Shown here: piece by piece, positions 32,970 through 45,999 of the stretch
How positions within the stretch are numbered: the first letter of the stretch is position 1
Layout of the letters: each line of letters begins with the position of its first letter
DNA from: Callorhinchus milii
Lineage: Eukaryota
Length of the DNA: 64,000 nucleotides
NCBI RefSeq assembly: GCF_018977255.1
Contig: NW_024704749.1
Span: forward strand, 17,856,001-17,920,000
Reading direction: 5' to 3'
Program-made: the position numbers and the translations under genes
Notes under the pieces: generated by a model
What the model saw: the letters and a program-made list of their open reading frames with translations, nothing else
Databases searched by the model: none
What the model was told of the DNA's origin: nothing

Positions 32970-35900
32970 ATGGCGAGCGGCTGGTGGCGGGGCTCGGCCC
33001 GGGCGGTGCGGGCGGTGCGGGCCCCGGGGCTCGGGCTCGGGCTCAGGGCGGCGCGGATCCCGACCACAGGCAGCAGCGGCCCCCGGAGCCGCCTCCACCC
33101 GCGCCCCTCAGCGGGAGAAGGTCAGCAAAGTGCCCCCGCGCCGGGCCCCGGGGCAGCCGCCGCGCCAAACTACCAGCCCCGGGGCCCGGGGCCNNNNNNN
33201 NNNNNNNNNNNNNNNNNNNNNNNNNNNNNNNNNNNNNNNNNNNNNNNNNNNNNNNNNNNNNNNNNNNNNNNNNNNNNNNNNNNNNNNNNNNNNNNNNNNN
33301 NNNNNNNNNNNNNNNNNNNNNNNNNNNNNNNNNNNNNNNNNNNNNNNNNNNNNNNNNNNNNNNNNNNNNNNNNNNNNNNNNNNNNNNNNNNNNNNNNNNN
33401 NNNNNNNNNNNNNNNNNNNNNNNNNNNNNNNNNNNNNNNNNNNNNNNNNNNNNNNNNNNNNNNNNNNNNNNNNNNNNNNNNNNNNNNNNNNNNNNNNNNN
33501 NNNNNNNNNNNNNNNTCTTTGTATCCCTGACCCTCTCTCTCTCTCTCTGACTGTCTGTGGGTCTCTGTCTGAGTCTCTTTGTGTCTGTTTAAGTGCTCTG
33601 AGACGCGGTCCCACCTGAAGGGCGCTGTATAAACGCGAGTTGTTGTTGTTGTGCGTCCCTGCCAGTGTCTGTGTCTCCCTGTCTGTGTCTCCCTGTCTGT
33701 GTCTGTGTCTCCCTGTCTGTGTCTGTGTCTCCCTGTCTGTGTCTCCCTGTCTGTGCCTTTCTGTGTCCGTCTCCCTGTCTGTGTCCGTTTCCTTGTCTGT
33801 GTCTGTGTGCGTCCCTGTCTGTGCCTCTCTGTGTCCGTCTCCCTGTCTGTGTCTGTGTCTGTCTCCCCGTCTGTGTGTCACGGCCTCTGCCTCACTGTGT
33901 CCGTCTCCCGGTCTGTGTCTGTGTGCGTCCCTGTCTGTGCCTCACTGTGTCCGTCTCCCTGTCTGTGTCTGTGTGCGTCCCTGTCTGTGCCTCACTGTGT
34001 CCGTCTCCCTGTCTGTGTCTGTGTGCGTCCCTGTCTGTGCCTCACTGTGTCCGTCTCCCTGTATGTGTCTGTGTGCGTCCCTGTCTGTGCCTCACTGTGT
34101 CCGTCTCCCTGTCTGTGTCTGTGTGCGTCCCTGTCTGTGCCTCACTGTGTCCGTCTCCCTGTCTGTGTTCTGCGTATCCGTATCTGCGTCTGTCTTACCC
34201 TCAACCAAAAAAAACACTAATACAAATTTAATTTAATTTTCAATCATTTACCTTTCTTAAAACAACTGTGATTTGCTCTTGTGACGTTATGACGACGACA
34301 ACGATAAATCTTTTCATTTGACGAGTGCAAACCAACGATCCACTTTTCCGTCTGATTATTATTATTATTATTAGTATTATTACGAAGGCGTTTGCGCGCG
34401 GTGGCTCCCTGTGTTCACCGGAGATTGTCTGTGACAGGTAGCGGTCTCTCGCGGCTGCACACTGATCAGGCGGCGGGGGCCGAGGGCTTGGACGCAGACG
34501 GCCATTACGGTCTGTACCCTTCGCACATCCCCACCAACTTCGTGCAGAAAATGCTGCTGGCGGCCGGTTCTTCCATCATGGCTATCTCCAACCCTTACCG
34601 ACACGGCAAGTGCGGCTGTTTTTCAACGCTCCTCCCACCCACCGAACCTTCTGGTGTGACTCGTTGCTCGTGGTTTCTTCAGCGCGGTAGGGTTTACCCG
34701 GGTTCGATTCCCGGGCGGGGCAAAACCTTAGGCAAGTTTCCTTACTCCACGCACACGTGCCTCTGTTTACCTACGTAGTAAGTGGGAGACCCAGTTATTG
34801 GACGATTGACCTGTGGCTTTCTGAGCGGGATCAATAATGCCTTCAAATAATAATTGGGTCACTCAAACCCCGACTGTTTGTGGGGCGCTGCTCGGGGACA
34901 GGGGTCAAGACAGACACCGAATCATCTATTCCCTGGTACCCAGTGGACCTGCTGCGGTTTTAGATTTGTGCCTAATTGTCCCACCCTTTGGAATTCCATC
35001 CTACATTCCCTTCACCTCGCTCCCTCCCTTGCCTCCTCCAAGGCACTTTCCAAGACCCTCCTCTTCAACCGCGCCTTCGACCGCTCTCCTTCCCCTACCC
35101 TTCCCCTGCCCCCCCACTCTCCCCCATTCGCACCCCCCCCACACACACACACACACACCCGCTCAGGTTCAAATCCCTGACTGTCCAGCACCTTGGGACT
35201 TCCTCCTGACATGAAAGGTGCTAAACAAATGTCATTTTGTATTGTATTGTAATTTATTTTGTTTGGGTTTCGGTTCCAGACATGGTAGCTGTTCTGGGTG
35301 AAACCACAGGCGAGTTAGCAATCCGATCCATGAGGGACAGGATGAGAAACGACCCTGAGGGAAACCAGGTCCTGGAGTAAGTGGTATGATTTTTTGCTCA
35401 CACTATAGGAATCTATCCACGGCTTAAGGAAAAATAATGATCTTTCCATTTGACAAACGTCAGTATGTCTCGACTAAATTCCACAGGTACTGTTGTTGAG
35501 TGTAGTGACTGTATTTGTTTGCAAACAGCCCGTTTTCCAGTGAGAATGCATGCCATGAATTGGGAGGATTGTTGGGCCAGGACGCTGGGAGAAAAGAAAC
35601 TCTCCTCTCCTTTTGAATGGGATCTTTAATGTCCACTTCAATGGGCTAATAATAATAATCCTTGTATCTGATGTTGCCTTTAGATGTCGTTTGAGACGTT
35701 CTCAAAAGCGCTTCAGAGAATTTACCGTAACGTGGTTCCCTTTACAAAAGGGAATTCACGCTTAACAAACCTTTTAGATTTTTTTGAGGACATATCAAGT
35801 AGATTAGATAAGGGGGGAATCAGTGTATTTAGATTTCCAAAAGGCATTCGATTGAGGAGCAGAGATGAGAGTGCGACCAACTGAGATAAATTGCCGCGCT

Positions 35901-38566
35901 GGGGTCAAACAACAGTGATCTCACCTGGGGAAGTTTTTTTTCTACCCTGGCTTCTGAATGCTGTAACCGTGTGTTCTGCCCTTTTTAGAGAACGGCCTCG
36001 AATCCGGATGTCCACCTTGGACATGAACCATCTGAGAGATTTACCAGAAGGCACGTTCGGTCGAGAATACATCCGCTTCCTTGATGTCAATGTGAGTTTT
36101 GTCATTTTACAGCGAATGTGGTTACAACTGGGTCCAAAATGAGAAATTACCAGAAAGCCAGGTCATTTCTTGTCGTGGGTAGCCCAGATGTTTGCAAAGT
36201 GACTGGTGCATTCAGCTACAAGTGCACAGTCACTACACCTAACAGTAATTACTGATTGGGAGACGTTTCGACATTACGGGTGCAAAATCAAATGCGAGGA
36301 GCCGTGTGCAGGGTTCCCTGTTTTGGGAGGGAATCAAAACAATATGTAATATATAATTTGGTCACTCAATCCACGACTGTTTGTGGGACACTGCCGTGTG
36401 CAAGTGGCTGCCCTGCTTCACCCACAAACCATGCAATCAATCCACTTTACAGCATTTTCTGTGAAGCGCTTTCAGACGCCTAGAAGATGCGATAAGGCGC
36501 TGTATCAAATGCAAGGATTATTATATTAAAATGGCAGAAGTCCCTTCCTTGTCCCCAGTGTCGCTGGCAGATAGTGCGTGGCTGACAGGAAGCTCACACA
36601 CAGATCAATCCCGTTCCGTTTCACAGAGAGTCAGCCCTGACACACGGATGCCGGTGAAGTTCGTGGATGATGAAGAACTCGCGTACGTGATGCAACGATA
36701 CCGGGAGGTACACGACCTCATGCACACTTTATTGGCTATGCCCACTAACATGATGGGTAAGTAGGTAAACCTTCATTAAGCACCTTTTTTTTATAGCAAT
36801 GTAAGCAGTTACCTGCTGCTGATGGGAAGCACTTGTGCTTTCCGTTCGTTCTCCAGTGTTAAGAGCTGCTCCACGTTTAGATTCTCTTGTCTGCTGCTTT
36901 GACTTCTTGCGATTGAGTGATCCCGAGACTTGTTTGGGCTTTTTCCCCCCACTCCCCTGGACTGTTGTATCCCGAACAAGTCTCGTTAAACTCCCAACTA
37001 AATCAGCCCGAACTCACTTGTGCCTGCAGTGACGCAGCAGAACCCTGTGCCCTTCACCCTAACCCAGACCCACATAGCTTGTCCAAATATAAGCATATAT
37101 AACGTTGTACATTGATACAGCAGTTTTGTGAAGATTCTCTCTTTGCTCTGACCCTTGCTGCTTGCTCTATGTTCTGAATTTAAGTAAGTAGCATTTTTAA
37201 AAAGTCCACTCCTATTGTTTTTGTGCGTGTGTGAAACAGGTGAGGTGGTTGTGAAGTGGTTTGAGGCCGTGCAGACTGGCATGCCCATGTGTATTCTTGG
37301 AGCTGCCTTTGGGCCACTCCGACTATCTGCCAGGTAAGAGACAGTGTTTCTCTCTCTCTCCTCTCAATGTGCTGCCCTCACTGCCTTTCTTAAAGAATAG
37401 ATGACCAGAAGTCCCTCATTACTTGGGACTGTCCCCACGTGAGGTTTTGTGCGTCCCTGGGGTCAAATTTGCCCCGTCTTGAGTTCAGCAACAAACTGAG
37501 CAAGAACAATAACATTCTCAAACAGATACAGAAATTCAGCCGTTAATCCGACAAGCTTCTCCAGCATCAGAAATGGTGGCGAGTTAAATTTTTTTGTGTC
37601 CCCGGATTCGGTTTACCTTCCCCTCCTCTAGCTATGCGGCATATGGTGCCCGTGCAGACATCCCAAACACAACGCTCCTCACTGTGTGTGAACTCACGAC
37701 GAGCAGCCTATGCAAGTGTGACGAGAGGTAAAAATCAGAGTTGGGCCTAACCTCTTCTCAAGAGGTGTCGGTGCGTACGTTTCCCAGCAGATGTCAGTGG
37801 GTAGCAAACAGGAGTCAGAAACCAGGTTCGATTGCTCTCTTCCCCCATCACTGCTCTGTAGCAAAGAAAAGGTGCCGAGGCCACTTGCCTCAATTCCACC
37901 CCCAGGCTGAACGCAGGTAATTTCGTGAAGTGGTGACGCAGTTTCAGGCAAGGGAAAGCTCAGTAGCTGATGTACTATCTATAACAAGAACACCTTGCAT
38001 TATTTACACAGCACCCTTCACACGTGTGGTTGTGTCTCGGAGCACTTAACAATGCTGGAGTTTGACAATGAGCCAAAGAGAGAGGGGTGGGTGGATGTAG
38101 GCACGGTTGAAGAGGAAGGTAATGAGGTACAGTACATGAATTCAGGAGATCTCAAGGGACAATGATAGTGATGAGACATCACGAGGAGGGAAACTAGTTT
38201 TATTTAGAGAAACAGAACCTGTGGCCGGGGATCACCACAAGCAATGAGCTGCTCGTCGAGCCTTTTAAATACTTTCTTATCTCAACAAAAATAACTCAGC
38301 ATGATTTTTTACACTCGCTGGTAGCAGTCAAGCCCGCAGGCCCAGTCACAGGCTACCGATTTCTGTTAAGGCTGTTTTGGTTTCTTGTCTGCCCCAGGAA
38401 CCTGCAGGTTTCAATAACGGACCTGATCCCATGGGCGGTGCGAAGCGGGAGCAACGCCCAGTTTATGATGAACTTTTACTACGAGAGAAGGTGGGAACAG
38501 AGTCTGGAATCGCTGAGGGAGGAGATCGGCATTCTGCTGCCTCCGGAGATTGAGCTGCAGGAGTGA
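32970..38566 (+). CDS. COQ4: Ubiquinone biosynthesis protein COQ4, mitochondrial, ~303 aa, 7 coding exons
   Basis: join(32970-33120,34438-34605,35280-35376,35989-36091,36627-36756,37240-37333,38398-38566). Arg-rich presequence, then [21 protein letters not shown]...[15 protein letters not shown]...[30 protein letters not shown] (HDxxH-x11-E motif)...YYERRWEQ. Exon 1 is less certain because an N gap lies in intron 1. AATAAA at 38723-38728. Confidence 0.95.
33194..33515. other. Assembly gap (N run) in COQ4 intron 1
   Basis: 322 consecutive N between a GC-rich stretch and a minisatellite. Confidence 0.99.
33660..34190 (+). repeat. 50-bp minisatellite in COQ4 intron 1
   Basis: Unit CTGTCTGTGCCTCACTGTGTCCGTCTCCCTGTCTGTGTCTGTGTGCGTCC recurs at 33931, 33981, 34031, 34081 and 34131. 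Confidence 0.92.
35738..35852 (+). mobile_element. CR1 LINE reverse-transcriptase fragment in COQ4 intron 3
   Basis: Translates [25 protein letters not shown] then, after a frameshift, [10 protein letters not shown], the CR1 RT motif. CR1-type 3' ends also occur at about 51870-52070(-) and 62940-63120(+). Confidence 0.85.
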
Positions 38567-38877
38567 GGAGAGGCAAAGCCATCCTCCGATACAGGAACCC
38601 ATTAAGGTAACCTCAGTGAATTAATTCATAAACGACAGGCATCAAAGACAATGTGCTGCTCTCTCTCTCTCGCGGGCATAACCTTTTGAGCTGGAGCTCG
38701 CAAACGTGTAAATTAATATCGGAATAAAGAATTATTGTTGCTCAAGTCATCAGTTTGCAGAGCTGAACCTATTGCAGTTGTTACAGGAGAGCTGGTTTGA
38801 CTCGTGTCAGTCCTGGAACGCAGGTTCGTTTGCACGGAAAGCTCACATATCACATTTTTTTAACAGGCAGCGGTGTC

Positions 38878-41800
38878 TCAGCGAGTTCCAGTCTGTGCTG
38901 TTCTGAGGGTCCCGGTAGTTGTGCGCTGCCCCCTCGCCTGTAATCTGTCCGTCTCTCCAGCTGGGGGTTCCAGACCGCTTTCCAGCAACGTGGCTTTGCC
39001 CTTGGACCCGCGTCCTCGCAGGGCATCCTGCACACTCTGCAGGTCCCAGCGGGTTCTGATCAGGGAGTCCTGCAGTGTGAAAAACCCATCTCGAGTCCGT
39101 CGTACGTGAGTGCACACGGCCGTGGACTTCAGCTCCAGGCCGATTTCATGCACGATCCTTCGAAGGTATTTTTGGGTTTCGTGCAAACACTGGATTTCTG
39201 TGCGTTTCAAGAAAAAAAACACACACCAAACAATTGGGTGAAAACACTAGATATTTTGCCACTAACCTGGACTAATAATAATAATACTTGCATTTGATAT
39301 ATTTGTCTATAAAACGTCTCTAAGTGCTTCACATAATATACTGTAAAATGTAGTGACTATATTTTGTGGGTAAAGCCGGGAGCTAACACCCAACCTGGAG
39401 TCTACAGGCAAGAAATGTTTCTCAAACGTAAAATTCACATTGTTATAGAAACCAATAAAATTCACATTTGTTATCCAGTCATCCATCTGATCCCCCAAAA
39501 AAGCAGGTGGAACTGTGGTTTTGGTTTGATTGCCAACTGTTTGAAGGCACACGTTATATACAAAACATCTCTGCGCTCTTTAATTGCTCTGGGATTATCA
39601 AAGTCTACTCTCGCGCATAATTTCTTAAATCGATCCACGACTGTTTGTGGGACGCACCTGTCTGCAATTGGCTGATGTGTTCGGCCCCACAAAATACAGT
39701 CGATCCACTTTATAGTATGTTCTGTGAAGCACTGTGAGACGTCTCAACGACGTGATAAGGCGCTATGTCAAATGCAGGGATTATTATTATTATTAGATAC
39801 ACTGAGAAACAAATAGCCGTACATACCCAGTGTAAAGTTCGGTGGGGAGAAGTGTACACATCGGAGGCCGGTGATGATCGGAGGAGAATTCTGCATGGGA
39901 CGCAACAGCCCTCTGGATGCAAGCTCGTACGCCTCTTGTGTCTTGAAATCAATGCCAGAATATCTTTGGAAAAACAGATTTACCACATTTATAATTTAGA
40001 ACATACAACATCTGCATGCAGTGAGACCAGCAACTGGGTAACAAACCCCCAGCTTAAATGCCCACATCCTCCCACTGCATATTGTAACAATAGTTTTTTT
40101 TTAAGTAAACTGGGGGATTGTTGGCCAGGACACCAGGAGAAACTGCCATCTCGATTGAAGAGTGCCATTCGATATTTAATTGAACAGGCACAGACAGGAC
40201 CTCAGTTTAGTGTCTCATCCAGTAGACAGCAACACTGACAAATTCAGTGCTCCCCTCAGCACTACACTGGAGTGTCAGCCTGGACTGTCAGTACAAAGTC
40301 CTGACGTTTAAAGGCTTGAACCTACAACCTTCTTATTCCAGAGGCGAGAGTGCTGCCAACTGAGCCAGGCTTTCTCACTGAATCAATTCCAATCTGGCCC
40401 ATTGAACCTCTTCCTACCCCACAAATTAGCTCCTGATCCACACAAAGCATTGGGTTTTATCACTTAACTAGCAGCAACACAAATTCTCAGAGTAAAATAT
40501 TAATTTAAATTTTAAAAGAAATCTCTCACTTGGTAAAGAGTAGTTTCGTTGCTTAATAATAATAATTAAAATAATCCTCGCGTTTGATATAGCACCTGAT
40601 CACGTCTTCGAGACGTCTCAAAGCGCTGCACCCAGTAAACTGTAAAGTGGATTAACTGTATAGTTTGTAGGCGAAACAAAATTAACACAAATCGTTTGAA
40701 GTCAATGAGATTCATCAGTAGCTTCCTCATCAGCTGCTCGTCTTGGGAAATAAGGCAAATGAACACAGCAGGCAACAGGCAGTGTTGTCAGTCGGATAAT
40801 GATGAGTGCCATTGTCTGGCATGTGAGACATTCTCAGCCCTCCAGAACCTCTCCGGCTAATAAATAAATAAATAAATACCCTTTCACAGTTTTTATTCCC
40901 TTCTGCTCATCCATTGCAAATGTGAACCCTTTTCAGTGTTGTCCTGTATTCCTTCCCTTGTACCTTAAATTTTCGTCTATAAAATATACAGTCTTTACAG
41001 TATATTCTGTGCAGCGTCTTGAGACATGATAAGGCGCTATATCAAATGCAAGGATTATTATAATTTCTTCCCTCTTTTACTTCTCGCTGTTAATTCCGAT
41101 CAGTCCTCCAAACCAGAAAAAACGAGCTGTCGGTTTTGTGCTGTTGGGAGGCAGAAAAGAACGAGCGAGTGCCCTGTAATCACTGTGTAATTACTGTAAT
41201 CACTGCATCAAAATGAGACTGAAGATGCAGCAGTCAACAGAGCAGCGCTCAGCGGGGAGTATCAATCGGGAGCCTGGGAGACGGTTTCGGGAACAGAGCC
41301 ACATGTGGGGCAACATGGCCAGGCTATCACTAGCAGCTGGTGAATTAAATATATCCGATCTTTTGACACTCGAGTGCAGCGCATTGTTTGGAGGTTCTGT
41401 ACTTTGGATTTCACATTAAAGAAGCCACGTGGCTATTCGAAAAGAGATGCATAGTTTCTCTTTCCCAGTGTCCTGGCCAACAATCCCCCAAATAAGACTG
41501 GTCATTCGCTTCACGGCTGTTTGTGGGACTTTGCTGTGCAGATTTTTTTTTTGGCCTACAAAATAAGTCCACGGCCCTTTACAGTAAATCTTGTGAAGCG
41601 CTTTGAGACGTCCTCCTGACGTATCAAATGCAAGCATTATTACTAAGAGTACAATGATATGCAATGTTGCCTACATCACATCATGCACCCAGTGACGACT
41701 GTAACATACAATACAATACCCAGGCGGCCATCATTTAAAATCAGTGACTTTCTACCTGGTTATGAAGTATTGTATTTCGAATCCTGAGACCAGCGAGATT

Positions 41801-44800
41801 TTAACCTGTTGCTGGACACGAGGCCAACGGCAGGTTAACCATTTCAAGTACTGTACATACGTGAGCAGAGCTTTCTGATGGCTGCCTTGTATCACCGCAA
41901 CGATGCGTTCCAACTTGTCCCGGGTGATGTGATCTGCAACAAGATGCACGGTCTGAATAAAGAGAGATTGACACTATACATTGCTATCCTGTTTGGCTAT
42001 CAATCAAATCCACAGGGGGGTGAGGGGGACGAGTGGGGTTCCTCAGGAGTTAGCGCTGGAGCCTGTATTGACCACAATTACCAGTTAAGCCATCCTTTGG
42101 AACTCCATCCCACAGTCCCTTCGTCTTGCTCTCTCCCTTGCCTCCTTCAAAGCACATCTCAAGACCCTCCTTCCCCTAACCTCCACCCTCCCTGATCCCA
42201 ACCCTCTGTTCGGGTCCAAATCCCTGACCGTCCGGCGCCTTGGGACGTCCTTCCGGCACTTTACAAATGTAATGTTCTTCTTGTGATTGAGCTGAACTGG
42301 GGTGGCAGCTTGAGTCCCGCCTAGGAATCGATTCAGAGCCACCCCAACCCAGAAGAGTGCGGCACTGACTGATTTTCCATTGACGTTCTCACTCCCCGAG
42401 ATTGGCCCGCGATGTAACCAGTGGCTCCGTTCCTCACCATAAGTGGTTTTCTCAACCAATCTGCCCATGTCAGAAAAGTCGTCGGTTGCTTTACCGAAGA
42501 ATCCTTTGACAGTGTAGTCCTGAGAGCCAGAAGAGAGGAAAACAGCCCAGATTATTCTTAATCAAATGGTGAATCGCTACAGCATACCACTGCACTTCTG
42601 TAATAATAATAATTGTCATGTCCCGCCCTGGTACCGTTGGAGTACCTGAATCAACATAATTGTTGCAGAGATACTTTCCCGTGACGCAGTTATTCTTATG
42701 TTGAGAACAATTCACTCAGAATATTTCACATTGTAGTTAAATATATCCACTGGACAATCTGTAAACACTTCGATATTGACATAAAGACCAACTCTTAATA
42801 AGATTTTGTCAACCAGCAAAAGTGACCTGCTAACCCCACACCGGCAATAACATTACAATAATAAATAAATAGACGATAGTAATTTGGATTCTCAATCCAC
42901 ATCTGTTCATGGGACGCTGCTGTGCGCAATTGGCTGTCGTCCACAAAATATACAGTCAGTTCACTTTATATTCTGTGAGGCTTTGAGACGCCTCGAAGAC
43001 GTGATAAGGCACTATATCAAATGCAAGGATTATTAATATTATAATCTGGGATTCACAAGTACCTAAAGATAGAATGGTAATCTATAATAAATCATCATTA
43101 AAAAAACTAGATTGGACAGGCAGTATCATAGATGTAGTCATTCCAAGTGACTACAATGTATGAAATAAGGATCTAGATGTGGGAGGAATGTTGAACTATA
43201 AATTAAGTGCAGACTTGTGTGGCAGTACAAGACAGGCGCAGTTCCTATAATTAGTTGTGCAACTGGAACTGTAAAGACAATTTAGAAATCGTTTGACAAG
43301 TTACCCAGTGCTTAATATGTCCACCTCCGGCAGAAAGTAGTTATTTTGGAAAGTTCAAATAATCAAGAAAAGTAACATCCATTCAAGTGTAACATGGCAG
43401 TGTTATTGGGTCTGCCTGAGTCATCACTGGTACCCACTTAGAAACGACTTCTAAACTGCTACTTCTACAACATACTACTAATAATAATCCTTATATTTCA
43501 TTTATATTTGCCTTATTACATCATCGAGATGTCTCAAAGCATTTTACTGTGAAGTGCGGTGCCTCTATATTTGTAGGTGAATGGGGCAGCCATGAAGTGA
43601 GTGATCAATTTTTTTGAGAGAGAGAAACTCCCTTACAACTCTTTTTGAACAGAATTTGAATAGAAGCGCATTAATATATACATATATTATATATATGTAC
43701 AGGGTGACCCCAAAAAATCGTGACACCATTGCAATGTTTGACAAGTCTTAAAGAAATGATAATATTTTTGCTTTTTAAATAACAGGATAGATATCACGAC
43801 TTTTGGGTCACTGTAAAAATAGACGGACGAAAAATCCATGACGAGTGCGGCCTCAAAGCCCATTGTGGTTGTGTCGGGTTTACCTTTGTGAGGTGACAGT
43901 TGTACAGATCAGGCAGCTGTTTGTTTCCATGACCCAAAGCGAGCACTGCAGAGATCAACACAGCAGAGAATCATCACTTGGAATCAATACCAGACTGAGC
44001 AGCTGCTAACAGCAAGAGGTCTGATGAGCCAGTGAAGGAAATCACGCAGCATGTGTTCCGATTCACACAGGCACACGCACAAACATTCCCCCCTACACCC
44101 ACACATACACCCACCCCATAACGCACACACGCACACCTACCCCATGACACAACACACCCACCCCATAACACACCCCATAAACACACACACTGCCCCCATT
44201 ATAGATCATCACATATTAGTGAGAAATACATTGGTGAGTATCAAACACTTCTGGGTCAGGTAGAAAGTGAAGCTCCGTATTTTGCACAGGTGTCATTCCT
44301 TGACCCCCACATCACTGCTGGATGCTTACCCAAGTTCATTCTTCTGCTTAGATTGCTATGAATTACAGTGGAACCTTGATTATTCTTCGATCTTAAATAC
44401 ACACAAACCTCACATAATAACCAAGCTTTTACAGCCATCTCTACACCTACCAAAGACTCCGGATGACATCACATCCAGTCGGTGACCAGTTCCCACCTTC
44501 AGATGAACAAACTCTGGACCTTTAACTGAAAGGAAACAAAACTGATCAGTTTCCACTGCTGGGTGTTCTTTATTAACCAGTTAGCTGCTGCTGGGAGTTT
44601 GCGATTAAAAAGCACGACAGGTGTGTCTGTCCAAGTCAGCACACGAGAACCTGCTTCAGGTCAGGAACAGGGGGAAACGAAGTTGAAAACGCACGAGTTC
44701 GGTTGAAATCTGCGACCAATGTCATTTAAATCTCAAAGCGCTTCACGGAACGTATTGTAAGGTGAATTGACTGTGTATTTTATGGATGAATCAAATGTAA

Positions 44801-45830
44801 GGAATTATGATAATCACGCTCCCACCCCGGCCCCCCCCCCCCCCCCACCACCACACACACACACACAAACACAGTACAAAGTTATGTCACAATCCAGTGT
44901 TAAGTGTTTCCACACTGTGGTCAGTTTGCCTCTGTGCCCCTTACCCAGTGGATGATCAGCCAGCGCTGGCAGCTTCACGACAGTCAGATTGGTTTCCGTC
45001 TCACTCTCGCCGTCTGCGTGAACCGGGAGGAATCGGATCAGCTGTCGAGCATCCGGCTGCTTCAGGGAATTCAGTTCTATTGGAAAACAAAAAAAATTGG
45101 GGAATTCTATTCCCTCCTCCTCCTCCTCCTGTCCCGTTGGTCTCCTCCCAACCTCTGCGACCTCTTAGCACCTCATCAACCTGTCCGCTCCCTCCATTCT
45201 GAGGGCAGTGGCCTGCTCCATGTCCCCTGCCCACCCCACCATTGGTGGTCAGGGCCTTCAGCTTTTCTGCCTCCACTCTCTGGAACTCCATCCCCGAATC
45301 CCTCCATCTCAGCCCCTCCCTCGCTTCCTTCAAGGCCCGTCTCAGGACTTTCCTCTTTCAGCCAAACACCCACCCTCACTACCCTCCAGCCCTTTTGATT
45401 CCAACCCACCCAGCGCCTTAGAACGTCCTTCCAAAGTGAGCAACAACAGCACATTACATTTACACAGCGCCTTTCACGTCGGGAGGACGTCCCAAGGCGT
45501 TGGACAGTCAGGGAATTGGACCCGAGCTGAGGTTGGGACTAGGAGGGGTGGAGGGCGGGGAGGTTGAGGATAGGAGGGTGACCGAAGGCGCGGTCAAAGA
45601 GGAGGGTCTCGAGACGGACCTTGAAGGAGGCGAGAGAGGGAGCGAGGCACTATATAAACGTGATTTGTTGTCGCTAATTGTCACTCGCACTGGGACACAG
45701 GCGCAGACCCACCTTGCAGCAGGTTTGTCTCCACCGCGTCTCGGACCCTCTTCCAGTGAACTCCGGGTGGTTTGTACACGGAGAACAATCCCTGGAGAGC
45801 CCGGGCCACGGAGCGTGCCGAACGGCTCAT
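38878..45830 (-). CDS. TRUB2: Mitochondrial pseudouridine synthase TRUB2 (TruB family), 332 aa, 8 coding exons
   Basis: Exons (minus): 45830-45713, 45076-44945, 44525-44451, 43945-43884, 42519-42438, 41933-41861, 39963-39827, 39197-38878 = 999 nt, all GT-AG. MSRSARSVARALQGLFSVYKPPGVHWKRVRDAVETNLL...GTGHRLDVMSSGVFVLALGHGNK...FGKATDDFSDMGRLVEKTTYDHITRDKL...EIQCLHETQKYLRRIVHEIGLELKSTAVCTHVRRTRDG. The catalytic HRLD motif is present. Confidence 0.96.
42619..43380 (+). mobile_element. Fossil R4/Rex6-like non-LTR retrotransposon C-terminus (restriction-like endonuclease region), interrupted by a SINE
   Basis: Disrupted reading frames give CPALVPLEYLNQHN, VVKYIHWTICKHFDID, IIWDSQVPKDR, SIIDVVIPSDYNV, VPIISCATG and QKVVILES, in the order expected for RLE-bearing elements. 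Confidence 0.7.
43700..43813. mobile_element. Tc1/mariner-type MITE (114 bp)
   Basis: TA-flanked imperfect terminal inverted repeats CAGGGTGACCCCAAAAAATCGTGA ... TCACGACTTTTGGGTCACTG. Confidence 0.65.
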
Positions 45831-45999
45831 CTCAGCCTCGGGGTCTGGGGGGGGTGGTGGCAGGGAGGGGGGGGAAGAAAAGGGTGAGGGCCTGACAACT
45901 GCTCCTCAATAGCCCACACTCCCCCTCTCTCTCTCTCTCTCTCTTCTCTCACCTGAGGAATTACAGCAGCGACTGAGGAGGGAAAAAAAACACCGGTGA

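Noticed and set aside
33061-33075. Alternative GC donor CAG|GCAGC for COQ4 exon 1 (also phase 1)
   Set aside because: Poor consensus; the GT donor AAG|GTCAGC at 33121 is in the same phase and stronger.
32441-33881. 369, 302 and 257 aa Gly-rich ORFs
   Set aside because: Built from G-rich minisatellite and the N gap; only 32970-33120 is plausibly coding.
33640-34236. Cys-rich ORFs in all three frames and a regularly spaced array superficially like CRISPR
   Set aside because: It is a 50-bp tandem minisatellite with no unique spacers, in a vertebrate intron.
44021-44045. CTGATGA hammerhead-like box (another at about 48567)
   Set aside because: No properly paired stem II followed by GAAA.
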